Positions 8,395 through 16,279 are shown, counted from the stretch's first letter. The stretch is 64,000 nucleotides of DNA from an uncultured Clostridia bacterium (GCA_947168855.1 CAMVNO010000001.1:137077-201076); one strand, 5' to 3'. Numbers and translations: made by a program. The notes: generated by a model not told the origin, from the sequence alone.

Positions 8395-8766
8395 ATGAAC
8401 AAGCGGATCCGCAAGAAGCAGCGCGAGCGTGCCAGACGCGACAGCGCCGAACGGTACAGGCAGAATCCGACAGCTGATGCGCTTCTCAAACATTACGAGC
8501 GATTCGGTGAGGTATTGACGCCAATACCGGAGGAGGTACAGGAAGCCATCGACACCGTAAACCGGTTTTTGAAGCAATTGACGCCGCCACATGGAGAACT
8601 GCAGAAAACACTCGATGCCGCATATCTATTCATCGACCATCTTGCGGAAACGATGCAGTTCGTAAGAAAGATTATCGCGGATGCGGTAACCGGCAGTTTT
8701 AGCAAGGGCGGGCGCAGCTCGTACCCGCCCGGACTGATAAATCAGAGGGAGGATGAAAGCGAATGA
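8395..8766 (+). CDS. hypothetical phage early protein
   Basis: ATG at 8395 (MNKRIRKKQRER...) follows GGAGG at 8382-8386. The N-terminal part of track ORF 8278 looks non-coding. Confidence 0.55.
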   Translation: MNKRIRKKQRERARRDSAERYRQNPTADALLKHYERFGEVLTPIPEEVQEAIDTVNRFLKQLTPPHGELQKTLDAAYLFIDHLAETMQFVRKIIADAVTGSFSKGGRSSYPPGLINQREDESE

Positions 8767-9125
8767 AAAAGCTTATTATATTCGATCCCGAGAACGAGAA
8801 ACAGATAAGGTTCAGTTGTCAGCCGGATCCGGTTGACAAAAAGCCGGATCCGCCGTCAACCGGCTCAAACGTCACGCGGCCGGATTTCATGAAACAATGC
8901 TTGTGCGAACCGCGCAAGAAGCCGCAGTTCAATGCAGACGACGCCGAGGAGTTCATCGCAAGACGACTCAAAGACGCACACGACCGGAAAGAAGAGGTTT
9001 TTCGCAAGGACAACATGGACAGGGATCGATTCGATTTTGTGTATTCAGATCAGTATTACCGGCTGCTCGGTGAGGAGATCGCATATCGCAAGATCCTCGA
9101 CTACTTTGCACAGTTCGAGCTTTGA
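8763..9125 (+). CDS. hypothetical phage early protein
   Basis: 120-aa ORF with ATGA overlap to the upstream gene and normal amino-acid composition. Confidence 0.6.
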   Translation: MKKLIIFDPENEKQIRFSCQPDPVDKKPDPPSTGSNVTRPDFMKQCLCEPRKKPQFNADDAEEFIARRLKDAHDRKEEVFRKDNMDRDRFDFVYSDQYYRLLGEEIAYRKILDYFAQFEL

Positions 9126-9137
9126 AAGAGACGGAAC

Positions 9138-9416
9138 ATGGCAAACAAGATCAGAGAGTTATTCTTTCCTACACAGGAAGAACTTGATCAGCAAATGAAG
9201 CCGATTGTCGCTTTGATCCGTGAACAGGTTTCTCGTAAAGAGTGCTGCACCTGCGAAGCGTACACACGCGATGATCTATATCTTCCCGGATTTGTCACTG
9301 GGGGACCGATATGCAAGAACGGCAGATCTGCAAACGAATCATGCGACCTTTACAAAACAGACGATTACTGTAGGAAATTGCTAACGAACCCGCAGGAGCA
9401 GGGCCCGGCTTCTTAG
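9138..9416 (+). CDS. hypothetical Cys-rich phage protein
   Basis: 92-aa ORF containing CCTCE...C..G..C motifs. Confidence 0.55.
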   Translation: MANKIRELFFPTQEELDQQMKPIVALIREQVSRKECCTCEAYTRDDLYLPGFVTGGPICKNGRSANESCDLYKTDDYCRKLLTNPQEQGPAS

Positions 9417-9461
9417 AGGGCTGCGGTGAAGAGTATGCTACGCGCTGTCTGAGGTACTGCT

Positions 9462-9510
9462 CCATAGTGATAAAGGGCGGGCGCACCCCGCGCCCGTCCG
9501 AATCAAAGAA
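9462..9510 (+). repeat. 49-nt direct repeat, copy 1 (contains GC hairpin)
   Basis: CCATAGTGATAAAGGGCGGGCGCACCCCGCGCCCGTCCGAATCAAAGAA. It is 48/49 identical to 9778-9826. Internal stem GGGCGGGCGC/GCGCCCGTCC with loop ACCCC. Confidence 0.9.
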
Positions 9511-9777
9511 CAAATGACCACAAGAATAAAGTTTAGGGCGGTAGGCCGGAAGGAACGCCGGAGGGGCTGCCGTAAGGCAAGGACGTTGCGAGTAGACGAG
9601 GGACGGTGGCGAAAAAAGAAGATGTGTTTTTCGCGGTGGCTGACGAGCCCATCGAGAAGGATGAAAGCATTAGAAGATCCAGTTACGGCAGGCGAGGAAA
9701 AGGGACACCCTCGCAAATCGAAAAACCGATAGGCGCGGCGCCGGCTACTGTCCGGAATGAGTGAATGATGATCCGCG

Positions 9778-9826
9778 CCATGGTGATAAAGGGCGGGCGC
9801 ACCCCGCGCCCGTCCGAATCAAAGAA
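9778..9826 (+). repeat. 49-nt direct repeat, copy 2
   Basis: CCATGGTGATAAAGGGCGGGCGCACCCCGCGCCCGTCCGAATCAAAGAA, 316 nt downstream of copy 1 and 31 nt upstream of the next start codon. Confidence 0.9.
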
Positions 9827-9856
9827 TCATTCATCAACAAATCGGAGGGACACGAG

Positions 9857-10123
9857 ATGATGAAACAGCAACGATACGTCTGCAGCAAATGCGGGCGGCG
9901 GATCAAGTATATCCGCACGAAGAACAAGAAGCTGATCCCGGTCGATTTCGATCCGGTGCCGTTCTGGCGGAACGAGAACGAAAAGGGACGGATCATCACG
10001 GCGAGCGGCACGACAATGTTCTGCGACCTCGAAGGAGCGCCGAACACCGAAACCGGCTTCGGGTACATGACGCACTTCGCCACATGCCCGGCAGCGCAGC
10101 GTGCAAGGAGGGACGCCGTATGA
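9857..10123 (+). CDS. small zinc-ribbon protein (paralog A)
   Basis: MMKQQRYVCSKCGRRIKYIRTKNKKLIPVDFDP...GYMTHFATCPAA. GGAGGGA RBS. Paralogous to the next gene. Confidence 0.65.
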   Translation: MMKQQRYVCSKCGRRIKYIRTKNKKLIPVDFDPVPFWRNENEKGRIITASGTTMFCDLEGAPNTETGFGYMTHFATCPAAQRARRDAV

Positions 10124-10401
10124 TCATATTCAGATTCAGCGTGGGGACATGTAAGGGATGCGGGAAGCCGATCATCTGGATCCAGACGCCGGCGAAGAAA
10201 TCGATGCCATGCGATCCGGGCGAAACGGCATACCGCAAGAATCCGAAGGGAAAAGACAGCATCTTGACTCGAAACGGCGAGGTTGTGCGCTGCGACATCA
10301 TCGGCGCATTTCAGAATTACAGCGACGCGGACGGAATCGGATATGTGCCGCATTGGGCGACCTGCCCGAATGCAGATCAGTTCAGGAGGCGCAAGGCATG
10401 A
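10120..10401 (+). CDS. small zinc-ribbon protein (paralog B)
   Basis: MIIFRFSVGTCKGCGKPIIWIQTPAKKSMPCDPGE...GYVPHWATCPNA. ATGA overlap with paralog A. Shares the CxxC...H(F/W)ATCP layout. Confidence 0.65.
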   Translation: MIIFRFSVGTCKGCGKPIIWIQTPAKKSMPCDPGETAYRKNPKGKDSILTRNGEVVRCDIIGAFQNYSDADGIGYVPHWATCPNADQFRRRKA

Positions 10402-10625
10402 ACGTCGGCATGTATTTAGAGCAGCAATTAAAAAGAGTAGGGAATCAAATGTATGCAGAAGGGCGCTCGAGAGACTACGTCAGAGGATTCATTAGGGGCA
10501 TGCGCTTTCTGAGTGAGACACTCAACAGCATTCAGGAACAAGAAAGACAGGAACGATCCGAACGAATTGCGGAGAAGCTGAAAAACACCAATTTCACGGT
10601 TTTGCTCGGAAGGGAAAGGGAATGA
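10398..10625 (+). CDS. hypothetical phage protein
   Basis: 75 aa. ATGA overlap with the upstream gene. Confidence 0.55.
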   Translation: MNVGMYLEQQLKRVGNQMYAEGRSRDYVRGFIRGMRFLSETLNSIQEQERQERSERIAEKLKNTNFTVLLGRERE

Positions 10626-10888
10626 ACATAGGCGAAGTGAACTGGAGACCGGACGGCTACACGCGCCGGTACATCGAGGATCATCCGGGGCTTCGGCAAC
10701 CGGAAAAAATGTCGGCTTATGATCTCGCTGTGGCCGTAACGTACTGTATGACGTCGGAAAATCCGTATTCCGAAGAACTCTGCAGACGAGCAGGCATGTC
10801 AGCTCAATATGCCGGAGCAGATACGCTCGAACTCAAAACAGCGGTCGTCCGGAAAGCTGCAGGGCATTTCAACATGAAGCTGATGTAG
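10622..10888 (+). CDS. hypothetical phage protein
   Basis: 88 aa. ATGA overlap with the upstream gene. Confidence 0.55.
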   Translation: MNIGEVNWRPDGYTRRYIEDHPGLRQPEKMSAYDLAVAVTYCMTSENPYSEELCRRAGMSAQYAGADTLELKTAVVRKAAGHFNMKLM

Positions 10889-10900
10889 GAGGTACGCGGA

Positions 10901-11122
10901 ATGAATATCAACGTAAATCTGCCGTTTACTTTCTGTGCGGAATGCGTACGGCGTGAACTGAACGATGGGCCTATCTACTTAGGCGACAACATTGCCAGGT
11001 TGGACACACGCTGCAAGCGGGCGGGGATCTGCAAGAACGCGATCACGCTCTATCAGCAGCGCCTCGACGACGGGCGGCTGATCTATCCGGAGGAAAGCGA
11101 GGGAAAAGATGATCATCATTGA
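10901..11122 (+). CDS. hypothetical Cys-containing phage protein
   Basis: 73 aa. GGAGG RBS. Confidence 0.5.
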   Translation: MNINVNLPFTFCAECVRRELNDGPIYLGDNIARLDTRCKRAGICKNAITLYQQRLDDGRLIYPEESEGKDDHH

Positions 11123-11423
11123 CGTACCGCGTCCGGAAAAGTGCCGGGGCTGCCGGTTTATGTGCCTGAAGACGTACAACGAGCATTATACGATCGCAGG
11201 CAGAGCGATGCAGGTAGGACATGCATGCATTCTCGAAAATGAGGATCAGCACCTTTTCGAGAGGGAGGATGAGATCCCGGATGTGCGCCCGGATTGGTGC
11301 CCGCCGATCCTCGGCATTCGTGACGACCTGGCGGAAAAGCTCACGTTCGCCATCGCAAAGAGTAAAGCGCAGTTCGGTAAGATCGAGTATTTCGAAATCG
11401 GGCTGCCTCCGGGGGTTTTGTGA
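11109..11423 (+). CDS. hypothetical phage protein
   Basis: 104 aa. Overlaps the upstream gene end. Confidence 0.5.
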   Translation: MIIIDVPRPEKCRGCRFMCLKTYNEHYTIAGRAMQVGHACILENEDQHLFEREDEIPDVRPDWCPPILGIRDDLAEKLTFAIAKSKAQFGKIEYFEIGLPPGVL

Positions 11424-11424
11424 C

Positions 11425-11631
11425 ATGATCAAGATAGGCGACACGGTCTATACGACAGACGGCGTCCGGATCTATGAAAGCCGGGTAAGACAGATCATCT
11501 ACACGACTGACAATGCAAGTCTCGCTTTTGACAAAAGAGCGATCGGAGATTCAGTTTTCCTTTCCAGGGACGAAGCGGAAAGGAAAATGAAAAGAATGAA
11601 CGGAGGGCAAAACGATGCTGACACTGTTTGA
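11425..11631 (+). CDS. hypothetical phage protein
   Basis: MIKIGDTVYTTDGVRIYESRVRQIIY... ATG at 11425 directly follows the previous stop. It is the downstream part of track ORF 11221. Confidence 0.5.
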   Translation: MIKIGDTVYTTDGVRIYESRVRQIIYTTDNASLAFDKRAIGDSVFLSRDEAERKMKRMNGGQNDADTV

Positions 11632-12115
11632 AGCAGCTGCGAACATGGCGGAGCGGAAACGAGAACGCGAACGCAGGGAAGCGCTCGACAAATATACGAA
11701 GAACATTCTCGAAAAGATCATGAACGAACGCCGCGCCAAGCAAGAGGCAGTCCAAGAAAAGGCGGAGTGGAAACGAGAACGCGAACGCAAGGAAGCGCTC
11801 GGCGAACATACGCTCGAAAAGATCATGGAAAAGATCATGAACGAACGCCGCGCCAAGCAAGAGGCAGCCCAAGAAAAGATGGAAGCGTGGGAAAAGGCGG
11901 AAGCGTGGGATCGCGAGATCACATACGCGCTTGATAAAACCGGAGATCTCTGTACACTCCTCGGCGCGATGGTTGAGGCGGTGCGCTTCGAGAACGGGAT
12001 CATCTGGATCAGACGTCCGGGCGAAGCGATCCAGCTGCAGGTCGGCGAGATCAGAGACGCCGCGGATCTGCGGGCGGCTTGCAAGAAAATGCTCGGATCC
12101 GTCTGCAAGTGCTGA
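11615..12115 (+). CDS. hypothetical coiled-coil protein with internal tandem duplication
   Basis: 166 aa. The block ERKRERERREALDKYT..KIMNERRAKQEAVQEK is repeated as KRERERKEALGEHT..KIMNERRAKQEAAQEK. Confidence 0.55.
   Translation: MLTLFEAAANMAERKRERERREALDKYTKNILEKIMNERRAKQEAVQEKAEWKRERERKEALGEHTLEKIMEKIMNERRAKQEAAQEKMEAWEKAEAWDREITYALDKTGDLCTLLGAMVEAVRFENGIIWIRRPGEAIQLQVGEIRDAADLRAACKKMLGSVCKC
11655..11885 (+). repeat. tandem duplication of about 114 nt inside the CDS
   Basis: GGAAACGAGAACGCGAACGCA..GAAAAGATCATGAACGAACGCCGCGCCAAGCAAGAGGCAG occurs twice, starting at 11655 and 11769. Confidence 0.8.
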
Positions 12116-12126
12116 AGGAGAAGACG

Positions 12127-12361
12127 ATGGACGGAATCACGAAAGACAAGGTCAACGAGCGGGCGGTCAGGATCGCCGCAAAGGTCATGATGCGGGCGGG
12201 GCTGTGCAGGTACGATAGTCCGACGCAATGCAGAAAAAACGTTCATGCCGAACGAAGGCGACTGCGTCGGCTGCATCAAGCGTTTTCTGCTTGGCAAAGC
12301 AAAAAAGGAACTCGAACGGGAGGCAAGGGCAAAATCGACAGTCCGGCGCGATCCTCCATAA
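12127..12361 (+). CDS. small Cys-rich phage protein, apparently interrupted by a +1 frameshift at an A6 run
   Basis: Frame 1 gives MDGITKDKVNERAVRIAAKVMMRAGLCRYDSPTQCRK. After the A6 run at 12234-12239 this frame becomes R/K-rich junk. The +1 frame reads TFMPNEGDCVGCIKRFLLGKAKKELEREARAKSTVRRDPP and stops at 12359-12361. Confidence 0.45.
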
Positions 12362-12655
12362 GAAAAAAACGCGCCGAAGCGCTGCGGTGCCCATGACGCA
12401 GCGATCCGGACGGTGCGCGGCGAAGCCGGGGAAATGTTCACCCCCGTTTTCCCGATCGTCGCGCCGTGTCCGGGACCTGCCCGCGAGGGAAACGCGGGAT
12501 CCCGCGCACAGGTTTTTTCCAATGTCTTTCCTGTGCGCGGTACGGAAGCAAGCGACAAGCGATCCGAACGGAACGATGGGACACCGAACGGATCCAAGCG
12601 TCGCAGAAGGCGGGCGGCGGCACGAACCGCCGCCCATAGATAACCGGAGGTATGT

Positions 12656-12853
12656 ATGGAAAGAATCGAGGGCATGCGGGCGGATAAGATCGGGCTGTTT
12701 CTGCTTGCGAGAAAATCCCTGCAAGTGCTCGATCGCCTGAAGCGAGAGGAAGCGGAAGGCGTCAGCAATACATATTCCCTGATCCGCGAGGAGGCGGAGC
12801 GTGTACGCGCCGAGCGCCTTGCAATAGAAAATCAACAATCGGAGGGCATCTAA
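12656..12853 (+). CDS. hypothetical small coiled-coil protein
   Basis: 65 aa. GGAGG RBS. Immediately upstream of the ParB-like gene and adjacent to it. Confidence 0.55.
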   Translation: MERIEGMRADKIGLFLLARKSLQVLDRLKREEAEGVSNTYSLIREEAERVRAERLAIENQQSEGI

Positions 12854-14191
12854 ATGGTACAAGAAATATACCAAATTCCTGTGGATCTGATCGATCCGCA
12901 TCCAATGAATCCGCGGAAAGATCTCGGAGATCTCACAGAGCTTGTCGCATCGATTAAGCGCAGCGGCATCATGCAGAACTTGACAATCGTACGCAGCGCG
13001 CAAGAGCCGAATCGGTTTACCTGCCTGATCGGTCATAGACGCCTCGCCGCGGCTAAGCTCGCAGGGCTCGCAAACATCCCGGCAACGATCATAGATACCA
13101 TGTCCGAGAAAGACCAGATCGCGACGATGGTAGCGGAGAACATGCAGCGAAACGATCTGACGATCACAGAGCAAGCGAGTGCTGTGCAACTAATGCTTGA
13201 CTTCGGCGATGATTTCAGCACGATCGCCGATCGCACCGGGCTTTCGGAAAGCACGGTCAGACGCCGGGCGAAACTGAATAAGTATGACAAAAAAGCACTC
13301 GATAAAGCGTTCCGGCGCGGCGCGTCATTACTCGACATCGAAAAGATTGATCAGATCGAGGATGCGGAGAAGAGGGAAGAACTGTTGAAAGCTGCGGGGA
13401 CAAAGAATTTCAACAACCTTTTCAAAGACTTCCGGGACAAGCAAGAGAGCAAAAAACTGATCGAGGAGATCTCTGCTATACTCGAACAGAACGGTTTCCG
13501 TCCAATATCAGAAAAGCAGGAAGAAGCATCACGCATCTATATTCAAAATCTATGGAATCTGAAAGCGGCAAAGGACGAGGAGCCGGTAAAAGATCCTGCA
13601 GAATTCAAGAAAAAGCTGCCCTCTGATGCGGTTCTGTACTATAAGACGGTTCTGGGATCATGGCATGATGAAATCGATCTGTATTACACATCAGAACAAG
13701 CTGATGCTGCAGAAGCCGAAAAACGGCAAGAGAAGGATCGTGTAGAAAACTGGATCAGATCCGTCAAGAGCATAAATACGAGATTTCACAACTTGCGCGT
13801 AGAGCATATCAAGAAAGTCATTTCAAAAGGCAAAAGAGAAAAGCCATTTTTTGAGAGTGTTCTTGCGGATCACGTAGTCAAGAGGTTAAAAGGAAGCGGC
13901 GTCAATTACGGCATTGACAGAAAATACGAATCAATTATAAGGGAGGCAAAAAAAGAGATAACCTCCGAGATGAAGCTCTACATCCTTGTAGCATTCGATC
14001 TTGAGAAGCAAGCGGAATCCGGCTGTTTCAGCGAATATTACGGGAAATATCACGAGAACGAAGATATTTCGAAAATCTATGAGCTGTTGGCGGAGGATGG
14101 ATATCAGCAGTCGGACGCAGAGATCTCTTATTATAACGGTACGCATCCTGTGTACTCGAAAAATCCGAAGAGAGATGGCGATCACGAATGA
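12854..14191 (+). CDS. ParB/Srx-like N-terminal domain protein
   Basis: IPVDLIDPHPMNPRKDLGDLTELVASIKRSGIMQNLTIV...LIGHRRLAAAKLAG matches the ParB-like nuclease/CTPase fold, followed by an HTH (FSTIADRTGLSESTVRR). The long C-terminal region is unassigned. Confidence 0.75.
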   Translation: MVQEIYQIPVDLIDPHPMNPRKDLGDLTELVASIKRSGIMQNLTIVRSAQEPNRFTCLIGHRRLAAAKLAGLANIPATIIDTMSEKDQIATMVAENMQRNDLTITEQASAVQLMLDFGDDFSTIADRTGLSESTVRRRAKLNKYDKKALDKAFRRGASLLDIEKIDQIEDAEKREELLKAAGTKNFNNLFKDFRDKQESKKLIEEISAILEQNGFRPISEKQEEASRIYIQNLWNLKAAKDEEPVKDPAEFKKKLPSDAVLYYKTVLGSWHDEIDLYYTSEQADAAEAEKRQEKDRVENWIRSVKSINTRFHNLRVEHIKKVISKGKREKPFFESVLADHVVKRLKGSGVNYGIDRKYESIIREAKKEITSEMKLYILVAFDLEKQAESGCFSEYYGKYHENEDISKIYELLAEDGYQQSDAEISYYNGTHPVYSKNPKRDGDHE

Positions 14192-14460
14192 GCACAGAGG
14201 AACGCATCAGAATTGCATTATGGGCTGGAACGCTTTTAGGGACGCGAAACGGAATGATCGAATACTACAAGGCGATCATGCACAAGGAACCGATCACCGG
14301 CAAGATCATCGGAAAGAGCATCGACGATCTTCAACGTGCCATCAATAGACTTCGCAACCTGATAAATGCGCCAGTGGATGGAACGGTAAACCGTCCATCA
14401 TCAGCTGATGATGCACCGATATTCCGATCAGTGAAGGACGAAGATGATAGAAAGGAGTAA
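14188..14460 (+). CDS. hypothetical phage protein
   Basis: 90 aa. ATGA overlap with the ParB-like gene. Confidence 0.5.
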   Translation: MSTEERIRIALWAGTLLGTRNGMIEYYKAIMHKEPITGKIIGKSIDDLQRAINRLRNLINAPVDGTVNRPSSADDAPIFRSVKDEDDRKE

Positions 14461-14464
14461 TGAT

Positions 14465-14893
14465 ATGCCCGATTATTTGGATCCGGAATACGTCGAGCAG
14501 CAAGTTTTGCAGATCGAAGCGGAAAACAAGAAACTGCTTTTGATCGCTATCATTGTGATCGGCATCGCGGCGATCATATACATGGTCACAAAGTACATCC
14601 GATATAGAAACGCACGTAAAAAAACAATCTCTGATCTCCGAAAGCGTATCAAGCGATTAGAGAAGGAGCGGAATCACCTGCAAACGAAGCGCTGCATCGA
14701 CGCACAGGAAAAGTGCGACATCGAGAGCGACTGCGAATGGCGCATCTCCGAAGCTGAGAAAAAAGCCGAGGAACGAATCAGAGCGGAGCAGAAAAAAACA
14801 GCCGCTGCAGAGAGCCGAACGCAGCAATCGGAGGACCTGCGCGAACAGATCGCGCGGGCGGCGGACAAGATCAGAGGGGAGGCGGTTGCATGA
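14465..14893 (+). CDS. single-pass membrane coiled-coil protein
   Basis: TM helix LLLIAIIVIGIAAIIYMV followed by a K/E/R-rich coiled coil. An alternative start lies at 14444. Confidence 0.5.
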   Translation: MPDYLDPEYVEQQVLQIEAENKKLLLIAIIVIGIAAIIYMVTKYIRYRNARKKTISDLRKRIKRLEKERNHLQTKRCIDAQEKCDIESDCEWRISEAEKKAEERIRAEQKKTAAAESRTQQSEDLREQIARAADKIRGEAVA

Positions 14894-15468
14894 GACTGAA
14901 AAGCATCGGAAAGCTTTGTACGCAGCGCGCCGAAGTGGATATTCTGCAGAAGATCGAAAAAAGCGGTCTCGTCCGGAGATTCGTTGGTGACGGCAATGCA
15001 TTCTATGAGGTCGGAGAGCTCGGCGACGCGGTGAACCTCGACATTATGCAAACGATCTTCGACGTCAAGAAAGAGGATCGGCCATATTGGACGTACAGCA
15101 ACAATACGCATGTTGCGGATCCGCTTCTGGAGGACGAATACGAGGGTGAGGAGCAGCTTCAGATGATCGACCTGCGGCTGAAATGGCACGGGCTCGAACT
15201 GATACCGTTTTCGCATGCGGGCGGCATCTGCTTCATCGATGCGGACTACCTCGCGCCCCTGCGCGACGAGATCAAGGAAGGCGGCGTCGGCTTTTACAAG
15301 CGTCCGGCGCTGCAGGCGGTGACAGTCAAAAACGGAATGTGCAAGGCGATTGCCTGCATTGTGCTTTCATCGGTTCCGGACGCTGCCGTAGATGCTTTAT
15401 ATGAGATCTATCGTACGTTATCTCAGTACAGGGCGGAAGCATCCGAGACGGGCTTATTAGACGAATGA
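14890..15468 (+). CDS. hypothetical phage protein
   Basis: 192 aa. ATGA overlap. Normal composition. Confidence 0.55.
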   Translation: MRLKSIGKLCTQRAEVDILQKIEKSGLVRRFVGDGNAFYEVGELGDAVNLDIMQTIFDVKKEDRPYWTYSNNTHVADPLLEDEYEGEEQLQMIDLRLKWHGLELIPFSHAGGICFIDADYLAPLRDEIKEGGVGFYKRPALQAVTVKNGMCKAIACIVLSSVPDAAVDALYEIYRTLSQYRAEASETGLLDE

Positions 15469-15472
15469 TGCC

Positions 15473-16279
15473 ATGCGTGCGATCATTAAGTATCCCGGTT
15501 CAAAGTGGAGAATCGCAAAATGGATCATTGATCACTTTCCACCGCATCACAGCTACCTCGAACCATTCTTCGGATCCGGGGCCGTGCTTTTCACGAAGGA
15601 ACGAAGCAACATCGAAACCGTGAACGATTTAGACGGAAACGTTGTGAACTTCTTTGAGTGGATCCAGAAGGATCCTGAACGGCTTGCAAAGGAAATATAC
15701 TGGATCCCGTATGCACGAGACGTATTCGAAAAAGCATGTGTTCAGATGGGATCTGAAAAAGACAGTTTTAATCGAGCCGTCACATTCTGCACACGAATGA
15801 TGATGGGGTATGGATTTAGAACCAACGAAACGAAGGTCGGTTGGAAAAAAGACGTTCAGGGGAGAGAAGCAGCATATGCAGCTAAACAATGGTGCGAAAT
15901 GCCTGAGATGATCATGGAAGCAGCTGAACGACTGCGCGGAGTGCAGATCGAAAACAGACCGGCTCTGGAACTGATCCAAAGATACAATTATCCAAATGTC
16001 CTTATCTATGCTGATCCTCCGTACATCATCAGCACGCGATATGGAAAGCAATACCGGCATGAAATGACAGACTCCGATCACGAAGAACTATTATACACGC
16101 TTAGAGAACATCAAGGGCCGGCGCTTGTATCAGGGTATGACAATCCTTTATACAACGAGATCTTAAAAGACTGGTATAGAGAAGAAATATCGACAATGGC
16201 ACAGTCGAACACAAAAAGGCGTGAGGTTTTGTGGATGAACAGGGAATATAAACCCATGCAGAAACCATTATTCATGTAG
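15473..16279 (+). CDS. dam: DNA N6-adenine methyltransferase (Dam / D12 class)
   Basis: KYPGSKWRIAKWII, EPFFGSGAV (AdoMet motif) and IYADPPY (the DPPY catalytic motif). Confidence 0.85.
   Translation: MRAIIKYPGSKWRIAKWIIDHFPPHHSYLEPFFGSGAVLFTKERSNIETVNDLDGNVVNFFEWIQKDPERLAKEIYWIPYARDVFEKACVQMGSEKDSFNRAVTFCTRMMMGYGFRTNETKVGWKKDVQGREAAYAAKQWCEMPEMIMEAAERLRGVQIENRPALELIQRYNYPNVLIYADPPYIISTRYGKQYRHEMTDSDHEELLYTLREHQGPALVSGYDNPLYNEILKDWYREEISTMAQSNTKRREVLWMNREYKPMQKPLFM

Larger units (their letters stand above)
9417..9856 (+). ncRNA. candidate structured non-coding RNA or cis element (440-nt GC-rich intergenic region)
   Basis: No credible ORF. Several strong local hairpins plus a long-range pairing, CTGCCGTAA (9566-9574) with TTACGGCAG (9682-9690). 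Neighbouring phage genes overlap or are tightly packed. Class unknown. Confidence 0.35.

Noticed and set aside
9639-9665. Hammerhead-ribozyme-like core: CTGACGA (CUGANGA) followed about 17 nt later by GAAA.
   Set aside because: The intervening sequence (GCCCATCGAGAAGGAT) does not form a helix II closing directly onto the two core elements. I also found no matching stem I/III with a UH cleavage site. This is probably a chance match.
9514-9732. 72-aa ORF (MTTRIKFRAVGRKERRRGCRKARTL...) inside the structured intergenic island.
   Set aside because: It has extreme R/K content, no RBS, and lies across predicted helices. It looks like a by-product of GC/purine-rich non-coding sequence.
9462-9826. 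Possible CRISPR mini-array (two identical 49-nt repeats).
   Set aside because: Only two copies are present, the spacer is 267 nt, there is no leader, and no cas genes occur in the window.
12127-12396. Reading the 12127 gene unshifted to the stop at 12396.
   Set aside because: The tail (NVHAERRRLRRLHQAFSAWQSKKGTRTGGKGKIDSPARSSIRKKRAEALRCP) is low-complexity, whereas the +1 frame is protein-like and completes a four-Cys motif.
11551-13189. Long minus-strand ORFs 11551..12768 (405 aa) and 12185..13189 (334 aa).
   Set aside because: They are antisense to well-supported plus-strand genes, have R/S/A/P-rich low-complexity composition and no RBS. These are typical GC-rich antisense artefacts.
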